40,595 nt of DNA from positions 1 through 40,595 of the IMG/VR virus record IMGVR_UViG_2541047967_000005; one strand, written 5' to 3'. Made by a program: the position numbers and the translations under genes. The notes under the pieces are model-generated. The model saw only the letters and a program-made list of their open reading frames with translations. It ran no database searches and was not told the DNA's origin. Shown here piece by piece: positions 16,919 to 26,265 of this stretch; within the stretch, counting starts at the first letter, position 1, and every line of letters starts with the position of its first letter. This DNA is from a virus. Lineage: Duplodnaviria; Heunggongvirae; Uroviricota; Caudoviricetes.

Positions 16919-19389
16919 CAGAATCCCCCAACAGTAAGGCGAGGAATAACGGCAAGAACAGACAGCGGCAACGGGTCAAGCTGACGGATTTTTACACGTC
17001 CGTTTTTGCCCCAGTTACTGTCCAGTTTCACTTCTACTTTTCCGGTAGCATCATCAACAGGATCATCGTAGAACTCGAATTCACGCTGTGGATATTCGTA
17101 CCATTTACCGCCGGGCGTAGTCGCCCAGATGCCGCGACTGGCATTCACAACCAGAGTAACGGACGGGATCACCTGTTTTTTGTCCAGCAGCGTTTCCTGT
17201 CCGCTAATGTTGATATCCAGTGTTTCGAATTCAGCAGTTATTGGCAGGCCGATGTGCACTACAGCCCCCGGAGATTCCAGCGTGACGGCACCTCCGGAAA
17301 CAACTTTCTGTGGTTCCACGTTCGCATCAGAGAGAATGTTTACGGTCTGGCCTTCAAGATGAGACAGGCCTCCAAATGTCCGGCGCGCCATCTGCCAGTT
17401 CGTGGTGGCCACATTCCTGAGGGATGATGGGACGTTCCTGTTAGGACGAACCACTACAGCGGTATTGCTGGTTACAGAAATAATGTCGCAACGTAATTCT
17501 TTTGACACTTCATCGCCAGTATCAGGATCAGTTCCGGTATAAGGGAATTGTAGTTGCGCACCGACATCACTACTGGTGAAGTACGCACCACCAGAAATAC
17601 TGATTGTATATTCCGCGCGGTAATCCCATTCACCAGAACCACCAGTGATGGTCATCGTTCTGTCAGACGTATTTCTTCCATCATAGCTAAGGCCAGAATC
17701 AACAAAGAAAGCATCTTCATCGCTGGTAAATAAACGGCTGGACAGTCGCTCGATGTATCTCACTGTTTGCCCGTTAACGGTTCGGTTAACGACGAAATAC
17801 ACCGCATCTTCATTTCCTTCGCTGATACTGCATGTGCTTTCATATTTTCCGGTACTGGATTGTGGTGCCCATGCAAAAACCTGCTGATCACGCAAATAGG
17901 TCATCACCAGTAATTTACCGTCATCACGAATGCAGAAGGCGCTGGAGTAAGGGACAATAGAGAAGCACCAGTCAACAATACTGTGCTTCTGAAAAAGATG
18001 ATTGGCAAGGATAGTAAGGTCGTTCCCCTGATAGCCGTCAACATCGAATGAGTAGGCCAGATCACGGACAACACTGCCTTTCTCCTGGACGAACAGAGCA
18101 ATATTCGCCACGGCAATTGGTGGGACATTGCTCGAGCCATTTGATCCCTGAGAGCTGAATGCAAATGATGATGGGGTAAGCACTTTGTTCTGGTCGCCAG
18201 TGATGACGTACTCACCTCCGGAAGTCAGCGCCACCAGCGAACCAACATCAATCAGGTGACGGATCTCATTAACCTGACGCCCGGCATAGGTGTAGATAAT
18301 TCTGTCGTCATCCTGCGTAGGATTGCTTTTGCCAAAATCCTTATAATCCCCGGTACGGCTGACCCAGATAGTCTGAGGGAACGCAGTCGATGCGGCGAAG
18401 TAAAGACGTTGTTGATAATAAACAACAGTGCCAGGATAACCATTAACACTGTTCCAGGCATATTTAGCCCATTTATAGCTGGCATTATCCTCGCCAACTA
18501 CCTGCGAAGGGATATAGGAAATCACCTCGGCAGTTGCAGTAGTTCCATTTGCAGCAGTGATACGGGCAATGCCAAAACCACTGTGCAGATATTCCCACTC
18601 AATGCCAGTATCATCATCACCGGATCCGCCCCAGCCATCCCATGATGTGCCTTCTGTATGCGAAGGGCGCAAAGTGCCTGTTTTGCCTACTGTAACGGCG
18701 CGATAGTAGTTACTGTCTGCACGGCGAATATCGCCAATTGACGTACTCTTACTGGTTTCCCATACCGGCACAGAATCCACTGCAGGCTGTTCCAGATAGA
18801 ACAATTTGCCTACCTGCTCCGCGCCAAAAATAGAGGCGCTTGCCGTTAACGTAATTGTCCCGGTGCTGGCGCTGGCATAAACCGTCACTGACTCGTCAAT
18901 ATTGATATCTTCAAATGGTCCGTTCTTCGTTACCACATCAACCAGTTGCCAGTTGTCATGCGCATAGCGACGCAACTCTTTCGGCGGGTATGCCGGATGA
19001 ACAAGCGTAAGCACGTCGGCGCTTTGCGTGAATTTAATTCGGAACAGATCGGCTTCAGTATATGGCGTGGCAATTTCATAAATAACATTGCTGCTGTTCA
19101 GCACCAACGCACCATCTTTGATAACGCGCATGTACTGGTGTCCGAACTCCAGAGCATAGGTCTGAACCGTCGAGAACTGGAACGGGATCAGGCGGCATTT
19201 CCGATTTGGGTATTTGGCGGCACCGACAAAACGCGTACCAGGTCGATTCTCAACGCCGCCATACTGCCGCACGATAAAGTTATCGCACTTGCGCAATGCC
19301 ACCTGGTACTTCGCCATGTCGATACGACCGTACAACGACGGTCCAATCTCACCACCGGCAAAGCTGGGCTGGATCCAACTGATAGCCAT
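16918..19389 (-). CDS. Tail tubular protein B-like / nozzle protein (823 aa)
   Basis: Size and position (after a ~200-aa gene, before internal proteins) match the T7 gp11/gp12 arrangement. Confidence 0.55.
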   Translation of the reverse strand: MAISWIQPSFAGGEIGPSLYGRIDMAKYQVALRKCDNFIVRQYGGVENRPGTRFVGAAKYPNRKCRLIPFQFSTVQTYALEFGHQYMRVIKDGALVLNSSNVIYEIATPYTEADLFRIKFTQSADVLTLVHPAYPPKELRRYAHDNWQLVDVVTKNGPFEDINIDESVTVYASASTGTITLTASASIFGAEQVGKLFYLEQPAVDSVPVWETSKSTSIGDIRRADSNYYRAVTVGKTGTLRPSHTEGTSWDGWGGSGDDDTGIEWEYLHSGFGIARITAANGTTATAEVISYIPSQVVGEDNASYKWAKYAWNSVNGYPGTVVYYQQRLYFAASTAFPQTIWVSRTGDYKDFGKSNPTQDDDRIIYTYAGRQVNEIRHLIDVGSLVALTSGGEYVITGDQNKVLTPSSFAFSSQGSNGSSNVPPIAVANIALFVQEKGSVVRDLAYSFDVDGYQGNDLTILANHLFQKHSIVDWCFSIVPYSSAFCIRDDGKLLVMTYLRDQQVFAWAPQSSTGKYESTCSISEGNEDAVYFVVNRTVNGQTVRYIERLSSRLFTSDEDAFFVDSGLSYDGRNTSDRTMTITGGSGEWDYRAEYTISISGGAYFTSSDVGAQLQFPYTGTDPDTGDEVSKELRCDIISVTSNTAVVVRPNRNVPSSLRNVATTNWQMARRTFGGLSHLEGQTVNILSDANVEPQKVVSGGAVTLESPGAVVHIGLPITAEFETLDINISGQETLLDKKQVIPSVTLVVNASRGIWATTPGGKWYEYPQREFEFYDDPVDDATGKVEVKLDSNWGKNGRVKIRQLDPLPLSVLAVIPRLTVGGF

Positions 19390-19997
19390 CAGGACAACCT
19401 CGCAATGGTAAACTCGTCAACCGGTGGCTGTGGTTCCTGTGATTCATTCTGGCTATGCGAGCCAGCACTAAGAATCACGCGATTGTACATATTGAGGGCA
19501 AACGTACCGAGGTCTGCATTCCCAGTCAGCGCCATGTTAATAGCTGCCGCAAGACGCCAGGCCAACGCCTCCATAAAAATGGCATCAAACATGTTCACAT
19601 CTGTAACGCGAGAGACATACTTGAGCCATGCCTGAGGCTGGTCTGTGTAGATCAACTTTCCTGTTCCGTTGGTGTCTGCACCAACTTCGTACTGAACGCG
19701 CATTGCTGCTGTTGGATTGCGTACACCAGGAAGCATAATTTCAGTAATGCGCAGACAATCTGACGGGTACTGGTACGCATATTCCCAGTCAGGCGGTGGA
19801 TTGCTCGTATCTGCAAGCGCCACGCGTTTGGTAGCAAAGTTCCAGTCAAAATCAGAAAGCACAGTATCACGGCAGGCCTCAAAGTGCAGCGAACATTCCC
19901 CCGCTTCCTTGCTGGCTTCCGTCAGGCTGTTAATGCTGCGGCTGTTGCCAATATTGGACAGCGCACGATTACAGATCTCTACTACAGAGGCCATCAC
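19389..19997 (-). CDS. Tail tubular protein A-like / adaptor (202 aa)
   Basis: Size and synteny with T7 gp11; overlaps its neighbours. Confidence 0.5.
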   Translation of the reverse strand: MMASVVEICNRALSNIGNSRSINSLTEASKEAGECSLHFEACRDTVLSDFDWNFATKRVALADTSNPPPDWEYAYQYPSDCLRITEIMLPGVRNPTAAMRVQYEVGADTNGTGKLIYTDQPQAWLKYVSRVTDVNMFDAIFMEALAWRLAAAINMALTGNADLGTFALNMYNRVILSAGSHSQNESQEPQPPVDEFTIARLS

Positions 19998-20323
19998 TCA
20001 CCTCCGTTACCGTACAGAGTTTCAGCCGCTGATTTTTCTACATCCCCGGAAACAGGAGCGATCGCCATATCAGTGATCTGCAGATCGGCGCTGCGATTAA
20101 CGCCATCGTCAGTTTCTCTGGCAGACAGGCCTCGAATAACAGCCTTTGCAGTTATCATCACTTCCGTTCCGACGCCCTTAGGTTGCGCCTTCAGCTTATT
20201 CAATGTGTCGTTATTCAGCGTGATGCACAGCCCCCACGGGTATTCATCGCGAGTTCTGGTTTCTCCGCTCTCATCCTGGTAGCTGTCAGTGCCGGTTTTG
20301 AGGTTTACGAGTTCCATATACAC
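19994..20323 (-). CDS. Small virion protein (109 aa), possible head-tail connector component
   Basis: In-operon ORF overlapping the downstream gene by 4 nt. Confidence 0.4.
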   Translation of the reverse strand: MYMELVNLKTGTDSYQDESGETRTRDEYPWGLCITLNNDTLNKLKAQPKGVGTEVMITAKAVIRGLSARETDDGVNRSADLQITDMAIAPVSGDVEKSAAETLYGNGGE

Positions 20324-20367
20324 TCCTGCAATAAAGGGGCCGAAGCCCCTTGTCTGATCCGCGAGGC

Positions 20368-20712
20368 TTACACGCCCAGTTCTTTACGCTTATCTGCGAT
20401 CTTCTCGCGGAGCGTTTCGGCTTTGGCGTTATGGTGTGGCTTCTGGTTAAAGAGCAATTCGTACTCTTCACGGAGCTTATCCAGTTCACCATCATCTGAC
20501 ACATCGTTGATGATTTTGGTGCTGGTTGCTGCCATTGACACCTTTCCTGCAACTTTTGCTTTTGCCTGTCTGGCTGCATCGTTAACAGGTTCCAGTGCGC
20601 TACCAGGCTCACCTTCGTATTCGATTTCTGCCCCCTCCGGCCACAGAGTGTTATGGATATGAGAGAGGCGCAGAACGCGGTATCTTGGTTTCTCACCTGA
20701 CATCAATATCAC
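20368..20712 (-). CDS. Small virion protein (114 aa)
   Basis: In-operon ORF between decoration-like and connector-like genes. Confidence 0.4.
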   Translation of the reverse strand: MILMSGEKPRYRVLRLSHIHNTLWPEGAEIEYEGEPGSALEPVNDAARQAKAKVAGKVSMAATSTKIINDVSDDGELDKLREEYELLFNQKPHHNAKAETLREKIADKRKELGV

Positions 20713-20713
20713 C

Positions 20714-21151
20714 TTAACCAGTTACTTTTGAGCGGATCGGATACGGCGTATTGGCATCAACATCCAGACTGATACCCGCAGTGAATTTGCCGGCCGTTAG
20801 TGGGCCAGTTGCGACGGAGTAGTTAACACGCAGATATCGCTGAACACCGGCAGGCACCTTTGCAGAAACAACTCGTTTACCTGCTGTCAGGGTATCCTTT
20901 GCCAGTGCGCCACTATCATAAATAGTGGACCATGAGCTGTTATTCTCACTCGTCTGCAACTGGATGTTTACAGTTTCCTCACCACTTGCCGTGGCGGCTT
21001 CGTTAACCAGCACCCAAAACTCAAGCGGATAACCCACGCCGATATCACGACGTTTTCCGTCAATTGGACCGAGATCGATTACGTCAGTAGAAGCCGCGGT
21101 ATTCGTAACCGCCTGAGCTTCGGAGAACATCAACAGTTTGTCGGTGATCAT
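20714..21151 (-). CDS. Putative capsid decoration / accessory protein (145 aa)
   Basis: Small beta-rich protein encoded directly after the major capsid gene. Confidence 0.4.
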   Translation of the reverse strand: MITDKLLMFSEAQAVTNTAASTDVIDLGPIDGKRRDIGVGYPLEFWVLVNEAATASGEETVNIQLQTSENNSSWSTIYDSGALAKDTLTAGKRVVSAKVPAGVQRYLRVNYSVATGPLTAGKFTAGISLDVDANTPYPIRSKVTG

Positions 21152-21202
21152 CTTCTTTCTCCATTAGTGGGTCTGTTACGACCCACAGGTTAATAACAGG
21201 CG

Positions 21203-22195
21203 TTACACCACGCGGGCTTCTGTTTCCAGAAGCGCATCAGTTTCACGGATTGGTACACCACGGAATGAAGTCCACCACTCGCCTTCTGTCTCTTTTACGC
21301 TGATCGCCAGAGATGTTTTCTCCAGAGATTGCAGATCAAGAGCCTGGCCTACAGTGCGGTTCATGTAGAACACCGGGCGACCCATGCCACGATTTGGAAT
21401 GCGATGCAGTGCTTTAACCATCAACTTCGCAATATTTGCGGCAGAGGAAGGTTCTGAAAGATTGCTGACATCGATGTTTGCAATGCGAACAACATAACGC
21501 CAGTCACGCAGAGCAAGTCCGTTGTCCCATTTGTAATGGGTACGGTAGCCTTCGTACTTGCCGCCATTCGCATCTTCCAGTGTCACCTGGCCTTTATCTT
21601 CCATCTGGATGCCAGCCTTCTGCCCTTTCGGGAAGATGCCATGCACGGTGTTTTCGCCCCACACCACTAACCAGATTGAGGTGTTATCTGTACTCGTGCC
21701 ACCAGCATCAATGATGTTCTGAGCATTACCCGCAGACAGGCTGGAATAGCGGGAGGACAGTCCCATAAACTGCTGAGGGTTAACGCTGGAATCACCATAA
21801 AACAGTGTCTGCGCCATCTGCTGATTCATCGCTTCAATAAATGCGCGGTCTTCAGACAGGCGGAATTCGGCAGTATTACCGTTCAGATCAGCCAGTGACT
21901 TATCGACTTCAGCATAGGTTTCCAGCATGCCAACGGAATCGGTTACCTGCACTGTGGTTGATTTGCTTGGCTGTACGCCATAGTTCAGCAAACGCCAGGT
22001 AGCTGAAGGTAAACCAGAACGAATGGTGGTTCGGTGTCCGGTAGGAAGGTTCCCTTCGACAAAAGGCATATCCTGAAGGATCGGGTTTGTTTGACCGAGA
22101 AGCTCGATAATCTTATCGACTTTCCCGTTTGGATCGACGCGCTTACCCCAGTCAGCCAGCGTTAGCGCAGTTAAGCCTTTAACAGCCATTGTCAT
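21203..22195 (-). CDS. Major capsid protein (HK97 fold, 330 aa)
   Basis: Size, position after the scaffold gene, strong RBS agagaggaa; composition typical of podoviral coat proteins. Confidence 0.7.
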   Translation of the reverse strand: MTMAVKGLTALTLADWGKRVDPNGKVDKIIELLGQTNPILQDMPFVEGNLPTGHRTTIRSGLPSATWRLLNYGVQPSKSTTVQVTDSVGMLETYAEVDKSLADLNGNTAEFRLSEDRAFIEAMNQQMAQTLFYGDSSVNPQQFMGLSSRYSSLSAGNAQNIIDAGGTSTDNTSIWLVVWGENTVHGIFPKGQKAGIQMEDKGQVTLEDANGGKYEGYRTHYKWDNGLALRDWRYVVRIANIDVSNLSEPSSAANIAKLMVKALHRIPNRGMGRPVFYMNRTVGQALDLQSLEKTSLAISVKETEGEWWTSFRGVPIRETDALLETEARVV

Positions 22196-22203
22196 TTCCT
22201 CTC

Positions 22204-22899
22204 TTATTTGCCATAGAGCACTTCGGCCGCACTACGCTGGCCTTCATTACCACCGGTGACCATGCCATCTTCAGACATCGCCTTTCCGATTCTCACGAAC
22301 GTTTTGACCAGATCAGGGTGATTACCCAGCCCGGTGGTGTTCAGATATTCTTTGAGTTCAGGTGTCCCGAACTGGTCAAGCGCACGCTGTGCGACGCTAA
22401 GGTTAGAAATCAACTTGCCGCCACCGATTTCTTTGTCAGCTTTTACATCCGCAGCCCACTGCTCGGTTGTTTTCTGCCAGGCTTCTGCCTGGCGCTGCTG
22501 AACACCTGCCAGAATCTTCGGATAAGCATCAACCAGCTTTTGCGCTTGCTCGTTGGTCAGGTTAAGTTCTCGCGCCACCGGCTCGAATTCCTTCAACGCT
22601 TCTGTATCCAGCTCTACGCCTTCGGCAGCCTGAAACTCGTACTTCTCAGGCGCACCCTCTGGTTTATCGCCGTCCTTTTTTTCACCCTGCTTATCGTTTT
22701 CAGGCTTTTTGTCATCAGCAGGTTTATCGCCATCAGCAACAGGTTGTGGCTTATCACCTTCCGGTTGTGATGGATCACCAACTGGAGCAGGGTTATCACC
22801 TGCAGGCGCTGACGGTTCTGACGCAGCCGGAGCTGCTCCACCATCGACTGGTTGCTCATTGCAAAGACGGCGATACAGCAAACGCTCAAATAAATTCAT
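22204..22899 (-). CDS. Scaffolding protein
   Basis: Internal ATG with RBS aggag (the track ORF starts at GTG 22905); Pro/Ala/Asp/Lys-rich N-terminal region then helical C-terminus; between portal and capsid genes. Confidence 0.6.
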   Translation of the reverse strand: MNLFERLLYRRLCNEQPVDGGAAPAASEPSAPAGDNPAPVGDPSQPEGDKPQPVADGDKPADDKKPENDKQGEKKDGDKPEGAPEKYEFQAAEGVELDTEALKEFEPVARELNLTNEQAQKLVDAYPKILAGVQQRQAEAWQKTTEQWAADVKADKEIGGGKLISNLSVAQRALDQFGTPELKEYLNTTGLGNHPDLVKTFVRIGKAMSEDGMVTGGNEGQRSAAEVLYGK

Positions 22900-22901
22900 G
22901 A

Positions 22902-23198
22902 TCACTCCTGTTCACTGGCCTCTTTGGCCATCTTCAAATACTGTTCAGGGCAATGCGCCATAACGCGCTGAAACAGTTCCAGCGCCAGATTGCGTTGCCC
23001 CTCATTAAATGCCATTGCCATAGCGTCCATCGGTGAGATAGCGGAAAACACACGGCCTTTCTCCAGCACCGACCAGACAACGCGACGCCCCTGTTCACTG
23101 CTCATGACAAAGCAAATGTCATCAATTTCACGCTGTGCCATGTCACGTTGCTTACGGGCGTTTTCTTCTTTCAGTTGATCGTCTTCGTAATCTGTCAT
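22902..23198 (-). CDS. Small acidic head-assembly-associated protein (98 aa)
   Basis: ORF coupled to the portal stop and scaffold start. Confidence 0.4.
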   Translation of the reverse strand: MTDYEDDQLKEENARKQRDMAQREIDDICFVMSSEQGRRVVWSVLEKGRVFSAISPMDAMAMAFNEGQRNLALELFQRVMAHCPEQYLKMAKEASEQE

Positions 23199-24874
23199 TG
23201 TGATTGCCCACCCTGACCACTAACTGCATTCGCCATAGCTGACAAAACACTCGGATCCGAAGTTTTAGCTTCGCTTAGCGTCTTGGCACCCTGTGCCGCC
23301 GCCATCCCCATCGCCATCATTTGTTGCTGCTGTTGTTGCTGTGCCCGTTGCTGGCGAGCCTGCTCAACCTGTTCCTGCGGAACAATGACGGTTGGAGACA
23401 CTCCGGACATATCAGCGAATGCATCGATCGCCTGATCAACGTTGAGTTTGTCGAGAGCTTCTGGTTTCGCTTGCGCAAGTTGACCAATGAAGTTGACCGT
23501 AGACGCCAGACTGGACAGGCCGATAGACTTCTGCGCCTGAGCCATGACGGAAATGTATTCGACCTTCAGGGGCATACCTTCCATCACGTCAGGCGGTGGC
23601 GGCAGCATGTTTTTACGCACCATCATCGAGAAAGCGCGGTCAATGAGAGGATTAAGACATTCGTCGTTCAGACGCTCCAGAACCGGCCCCAACATCAGAA
23701 GTTTTTCTTCTTTCATTTCGATCACCGCTTCAACAGGCATCGAGCGGGTATTGATGTTCTGCAACATCATGAACAGATCGACAAAGTAGGCGCTGTTAAT
23801 GATTTGACGGGTGTCCTGAATGTCTGCCACCAAATCTGCTGTACTGGGGTTAACCAGATAAGCAGGCCTGAAACCATCCTGACCAGTAATCAGATCGATA
23901 TACGTGATGTCGCCAGGAAGAAGGGAGGCACGCTGATTCTTGAGGGAAGTCGGAGCAACCATCGGCGGATTGGTGGCTTTATCAATCAACTGCGACTTGC
24001 GCTTCTGGAGAAGCTGCAATGCCTTAACAGGTCCAAGCGCCAGCATACCCGGGCATGATGATCCATAAACATCTTCGCCGTTAACTTCCCAGCGCGGAGC
24101 CATAATTGGAAACTCATCGAATCCGGACTCACGCAACAACTTGTCGTTATCGCCACCAACCTCGTAATAAACCGATTTGAATGGCTTGTTCTTGCTATCC
24201 AGCTTCGATGTATCGCGGTCAATGTTCGGGTAAACCGAATGCATCACTTCAATCCACTTCTCGTAGGTTCCGCTTTCCCACATGCTTTTTACGGATTCGC
24301 TGACGTTATTTAGCCCGAACTCCTGAACAAGCTGACGAACAGTCATAGAGAACTTGCGAAAACAGGTGTCCACACTGCCACGAGGTGAGTTAGCCAGGTA
24401 GTAACTGCCTATCGGGAATGGCATTGTGCGAATGATGTCCTCGTCATCCTCCAGCACTGCCATTGCACCAGTGCTGTATGTGCCGAGGCTTCCGTATAAC
24501 TGCGGCAGCGACTGATAGAGATTCGACTTATTGAACATATCGTTCATGCGGTTCTGCACCGCCTCAAGCCACAACTTAACAGGGCCATAATCCATCATTT
24601 CAGGATCTGGCGTAGCCAGGCGAAACCACGGACGCGCGGGGCTTGTGATGCCTGACATCATGCCGCTGGCGAGAGTGCGCGCCGCCATAGTCCCGGTCGA
24701 ATCAATAATGCGTGTATTGCGTCGATCGTTACGGTTGACCTCAGAAGTCAGAAAGCGGGAACCACGCGGGTTGATGTAATCACTCAACTCGCGCCAGTGC
24801 GGCTCGAACGACTGACGCTCGCTTTCAAGTTGTGCGAACTGTTTGTTCAATCGCTCTTTAGTTGTTTCCGCCAT
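23195..24874 (-). CDS. Portal protein (559 aa)
   Basis: Size and position; RBS ggag upstream; C-terminal Gln/Ala-rich tail. Confidence 0.7.
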   Translation of the reverse strand: MAETTKERLNKQFAQLESERQSFEPHWRELSDYINPRGSRFLTSEVNRNDRRNTRIIDSTGTMAARTLASGMMSGITSPARPWFRLATPDPEMMDYGPVKLWLEAVQNRMNDMFNKSNLYQSLPQLYGSLGTYSTGAMAVLEDDEDIIRTMPFPIGSYYLANSPRGSVDTCFRKFSMTVRQLVQEFGLNNVSESVKSMWESGTYEKWIEVMHSVYPNIDRDTSKLDSKNKPFKSVYYEVGGDNDKLLRESGFDEFPIMAPRWEVNGEDVYGSSCPGMLALGPVKALQLLQKRKSQLIDKATNPPMVAPTSLKNQRASLLPGDITYIDLITGQDGFRPAYLVNPSTADLVADIQDTRQIINSAYFVDLFMMLQNINTRSMPVEAVIEMKEEKLLMLGPVLERLNDECLNPLIDRAFSMMVRKNMLPPPPDVMEGMPLKVEYISVMAQAQKSIGLSSLASTVNFIGQLAQAKPEALDKLNVDQAIDAFADMSGVSPTVIVPQEQVEQARQQRAQQQQQQQMMAMGMAAAQGAKTLSEAKTSDPSVLSAMANAVSGQGGQSQ

Positions 24875-24888
24875 TTCAATGACTCCGG

Positions 24889-25095
24889 TTACTGACCAAG
24901 CAGCGTTTTACCGCTGGTATTAGCAGTTGATGTGTCGCCCTGAGAACCGGTAAGCAGCGTAGAACTACGACCAGCAGCAGCGCGACGGCGACGAGTTTCT
25001 TCGTCGCGGGCATCAACAACGGCGGCATCCTGCTCCTGTGGTGCTGCCTGAACTTCTGGTGTTGCAGGCACTGATGGTGAGCTACCCATGCACAT
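24889..25095 (-). CDS. Small hydrophilic protein (68 aa) upstream of portal
   Basis: RBS ggag 8 nt upstream; its initiation region (cggagtcattgatatg) is nearly the same as the portal one (cggagtcattgaaatg). Confidence 0.4.
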   Translation of the reverse strand: MCMGSSPSVPATPEVQAAPQEQDAAVVDARDEETRRRRAAAGRSSTLLTGSQGDTSTANTSGKTLLGQ

Positions 25096-25163
25096 ATCAA
25101 TGACTCCGTACGCAATTAAATTATTACCAATTTAACCACATATGATTTATTTATCGTAGACAG

Positions 25164-25200
25164 TTGACATTTAACGCGCGAATTATTACCTTTCAGGTAA
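25164..25200 (+). promoter_or_regulatory. Candidate promoter (-35 TTGACA) with operator-like palindrome TTACC-N5-GGTAA
   Basis: ttgaca at 25164-25169; ttacctttcaggtaa at 25186-25200; lies in a 400-bp non-coding region upstream of the tRNA. Confidence 0.4.
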
Positions 25201-25522
25201 CCAAAGAGTTCATTCCGGTTACTAACCTGACTGGCTTGTCGTTAAATTGAACAGGTGGAGTGAGCTTTTATTTTGAGCAGTACGGCGTATGGCACATGCG
25301 CCGATAGCGGTCTGGATGCGTTTAAGGGGCACCCTCCCTGGCTGTGGCAAACGAACCAGGTAGCCGGAATGTGCAAGTCGAGCGGTTTTATTCCGCGCAC
25401 GGGGATTCACCATCCCGGCGATTCGGTGTGACGCCTCGGAAGAGACGAGGGTACAACGATGAGAGCATTTATGGAGCCGCGACAAAGTGTGGCGCCTTAA
25501 CAGGCTAAGTGCTCTCAGCGTT

Positions 25523-25599
25523 GTGGCATTAGCTCAGTTGGACAGAGCAACCGCCTTCTAAGCGGTTGGTCGCAGGTTCGAATCCTGCATGCCACGCCA
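25523..25599 (+). tRNA. tRNA-Arg (anticodon UCU), argU-like
   Basis: 77 nt folded by hand: 7-bp acceptor stem gtggcat/atgccac, D stem gctc/gagc, anticodon stem accgc/gcggt with loop cttctaa (TCT), T arm gcagg-ttcgaat-cctgc, 3' GCCA. Confidence 0.85.
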
Positions 25600-25642
25600 G
25601 AATCACGCCTAAGGACCGTGATGCCAGAAGTTCCAGGTGCTT

Positions 25643-25684
25643 GGCGGTGATGGTTTCCCTTGAAGGACTATCACCGCCCTTTTT
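25643..25684 (+). terminator. Hairpin plus T-run downstream of the tRNA
   Basis: 9-bp stem ggcggtgat / atcaccgcc with an 18-nt loop, then ctttttac. Confidence 0.45.
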
Positions 25685-25762
25685 ACAGCAGGACGCCATT
25701 GCGATGACTTCATGCTGTAAACCAGTACAGCCACGGAAGGCATAACTCATTGCTTCCAGTTC

Positions 25763-25786
25763 GCCCGGTTCGCCGGGCATTTTTTT
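25763..25786 (+). terminator. Strong rho-independent terminator immediately upstream of the moron RBS
   Basis: gcccgg ttcg ccgggc followed by seven T; ends 12 nt before ATG 25798. Confidence 0.6.
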
Positions 25787-25797
25787 AAGGTGAGATT

Positions 25798-26220
25798 ATG
25801 AAAACAGCCGACATGCTAGCTAAATATCTAAATGAATGGCCGTGCAAATATGTACGCATTGTTCAGGGTGATGACTCAATTTTTTATGGTGTTTTTGCAG
25901 GAAATGAAATGCTTTGTGAAGCAATTCCAGGTGAGCGACTTGCCGGGTTAACGCTTAGCGATGACCATGGAATAGGAGTTACTTGCCATGACTGGATTTC
26001 AGCGCAGAAAACTGAAATGGAAAAAGGCAATGTGTTTGATATTTCTCGCGCTGTATACGCCAAAGAAAAAAGTGATGATGATTACATGCGCGAAAACTTA
26101 TACAACATGAAGTTACAATGCCTGGCTGAAGTGCTTAGTAAAAGATCTTTACTTGATGTGGTTGGTGCTGAGCAGGACGCCAAGGCAATCAACGCCGCAT
26201 TCGATAAAATAACCTTCTAA
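25798..26220 (+). CDS. Moron protein of unknown function (140 aa), encoded opposite to the structural operon
   Basis: RBS aaggtgag; sits between terL and the portal region on the opposite strand, next to the tRNA-Arg; own downstream terminator. Confidence 0.55.
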   Translation: MKTADMLAKYLNEWPCKYVRIVQGDDSIFYGVFAGNEMLCEAIPGERLAGLTLSDDHGIGVTCHDWISAQKTEMEKGNVFDISRAVYAKEKSDDDYMRENLYNMKLQCLAEVLSKRSLLDVVGAEQDAKAINAAFDKITF

Positions 26221-26224
26221 CGCC

Positions 26225-26236
26225 GTGACATGTCAC
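26225..26236. repeat. 12-bp palindrome GTGACATGTCAC (copy 2 of 3)
   Basis: Exact palindrome 4 nt before the moron terminator hairpin, just beyond the terL stop. Confidence 0.7.
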
Positions 26237-26240
26237 AATC

Positions 26241-26265
26241 AGCCCGCCGATTCGCGGGCTTTTTT
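26241..26265 (+). terminator. Rho-independent terminator of the moron gene
   Basis: agcccgc cgattc gcgggct followed by ttttt; overlaps the terL stop codon. Confidence 0.6.

Noticed and set aside
23129-23140. Fourth near-copy of the 12-bp palindrome (GTGCCATGTCAC) inside the 22902-23198 gene
   Set aside because: One mismatch, located in coding sequence and not next to a terminator; probably chance.
23321-24058. Long antisense ORFs opposite the portal and other structural genes (for example 23321-24058, 18946-19635, 10212-10538, 31010-31774)
   Set aside because: They lie wholly within longer ORFs on the other strand that have RBSs, operon coupling and recognisable protein motifs; the antisense frames have biased low-complexity composition and no start signals.
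25222-25485. 87-aa minus-strand ORF in the region upstream of the tRNA
   Set aside because: No RBS, Arg-rich random-looking composition, and it overlaps a region better explained as promoter and leader for the tRNA; treated as non-coding.
25300-25520. Possible second, degenerate tRNA upstream of tRNA-Arg (T-arm-like ggga ttcacca tccc)
   Set aside because: No matching acceptor stem or anticodon arm could be folded by hand; only an isolated T-arm-like hairpin.
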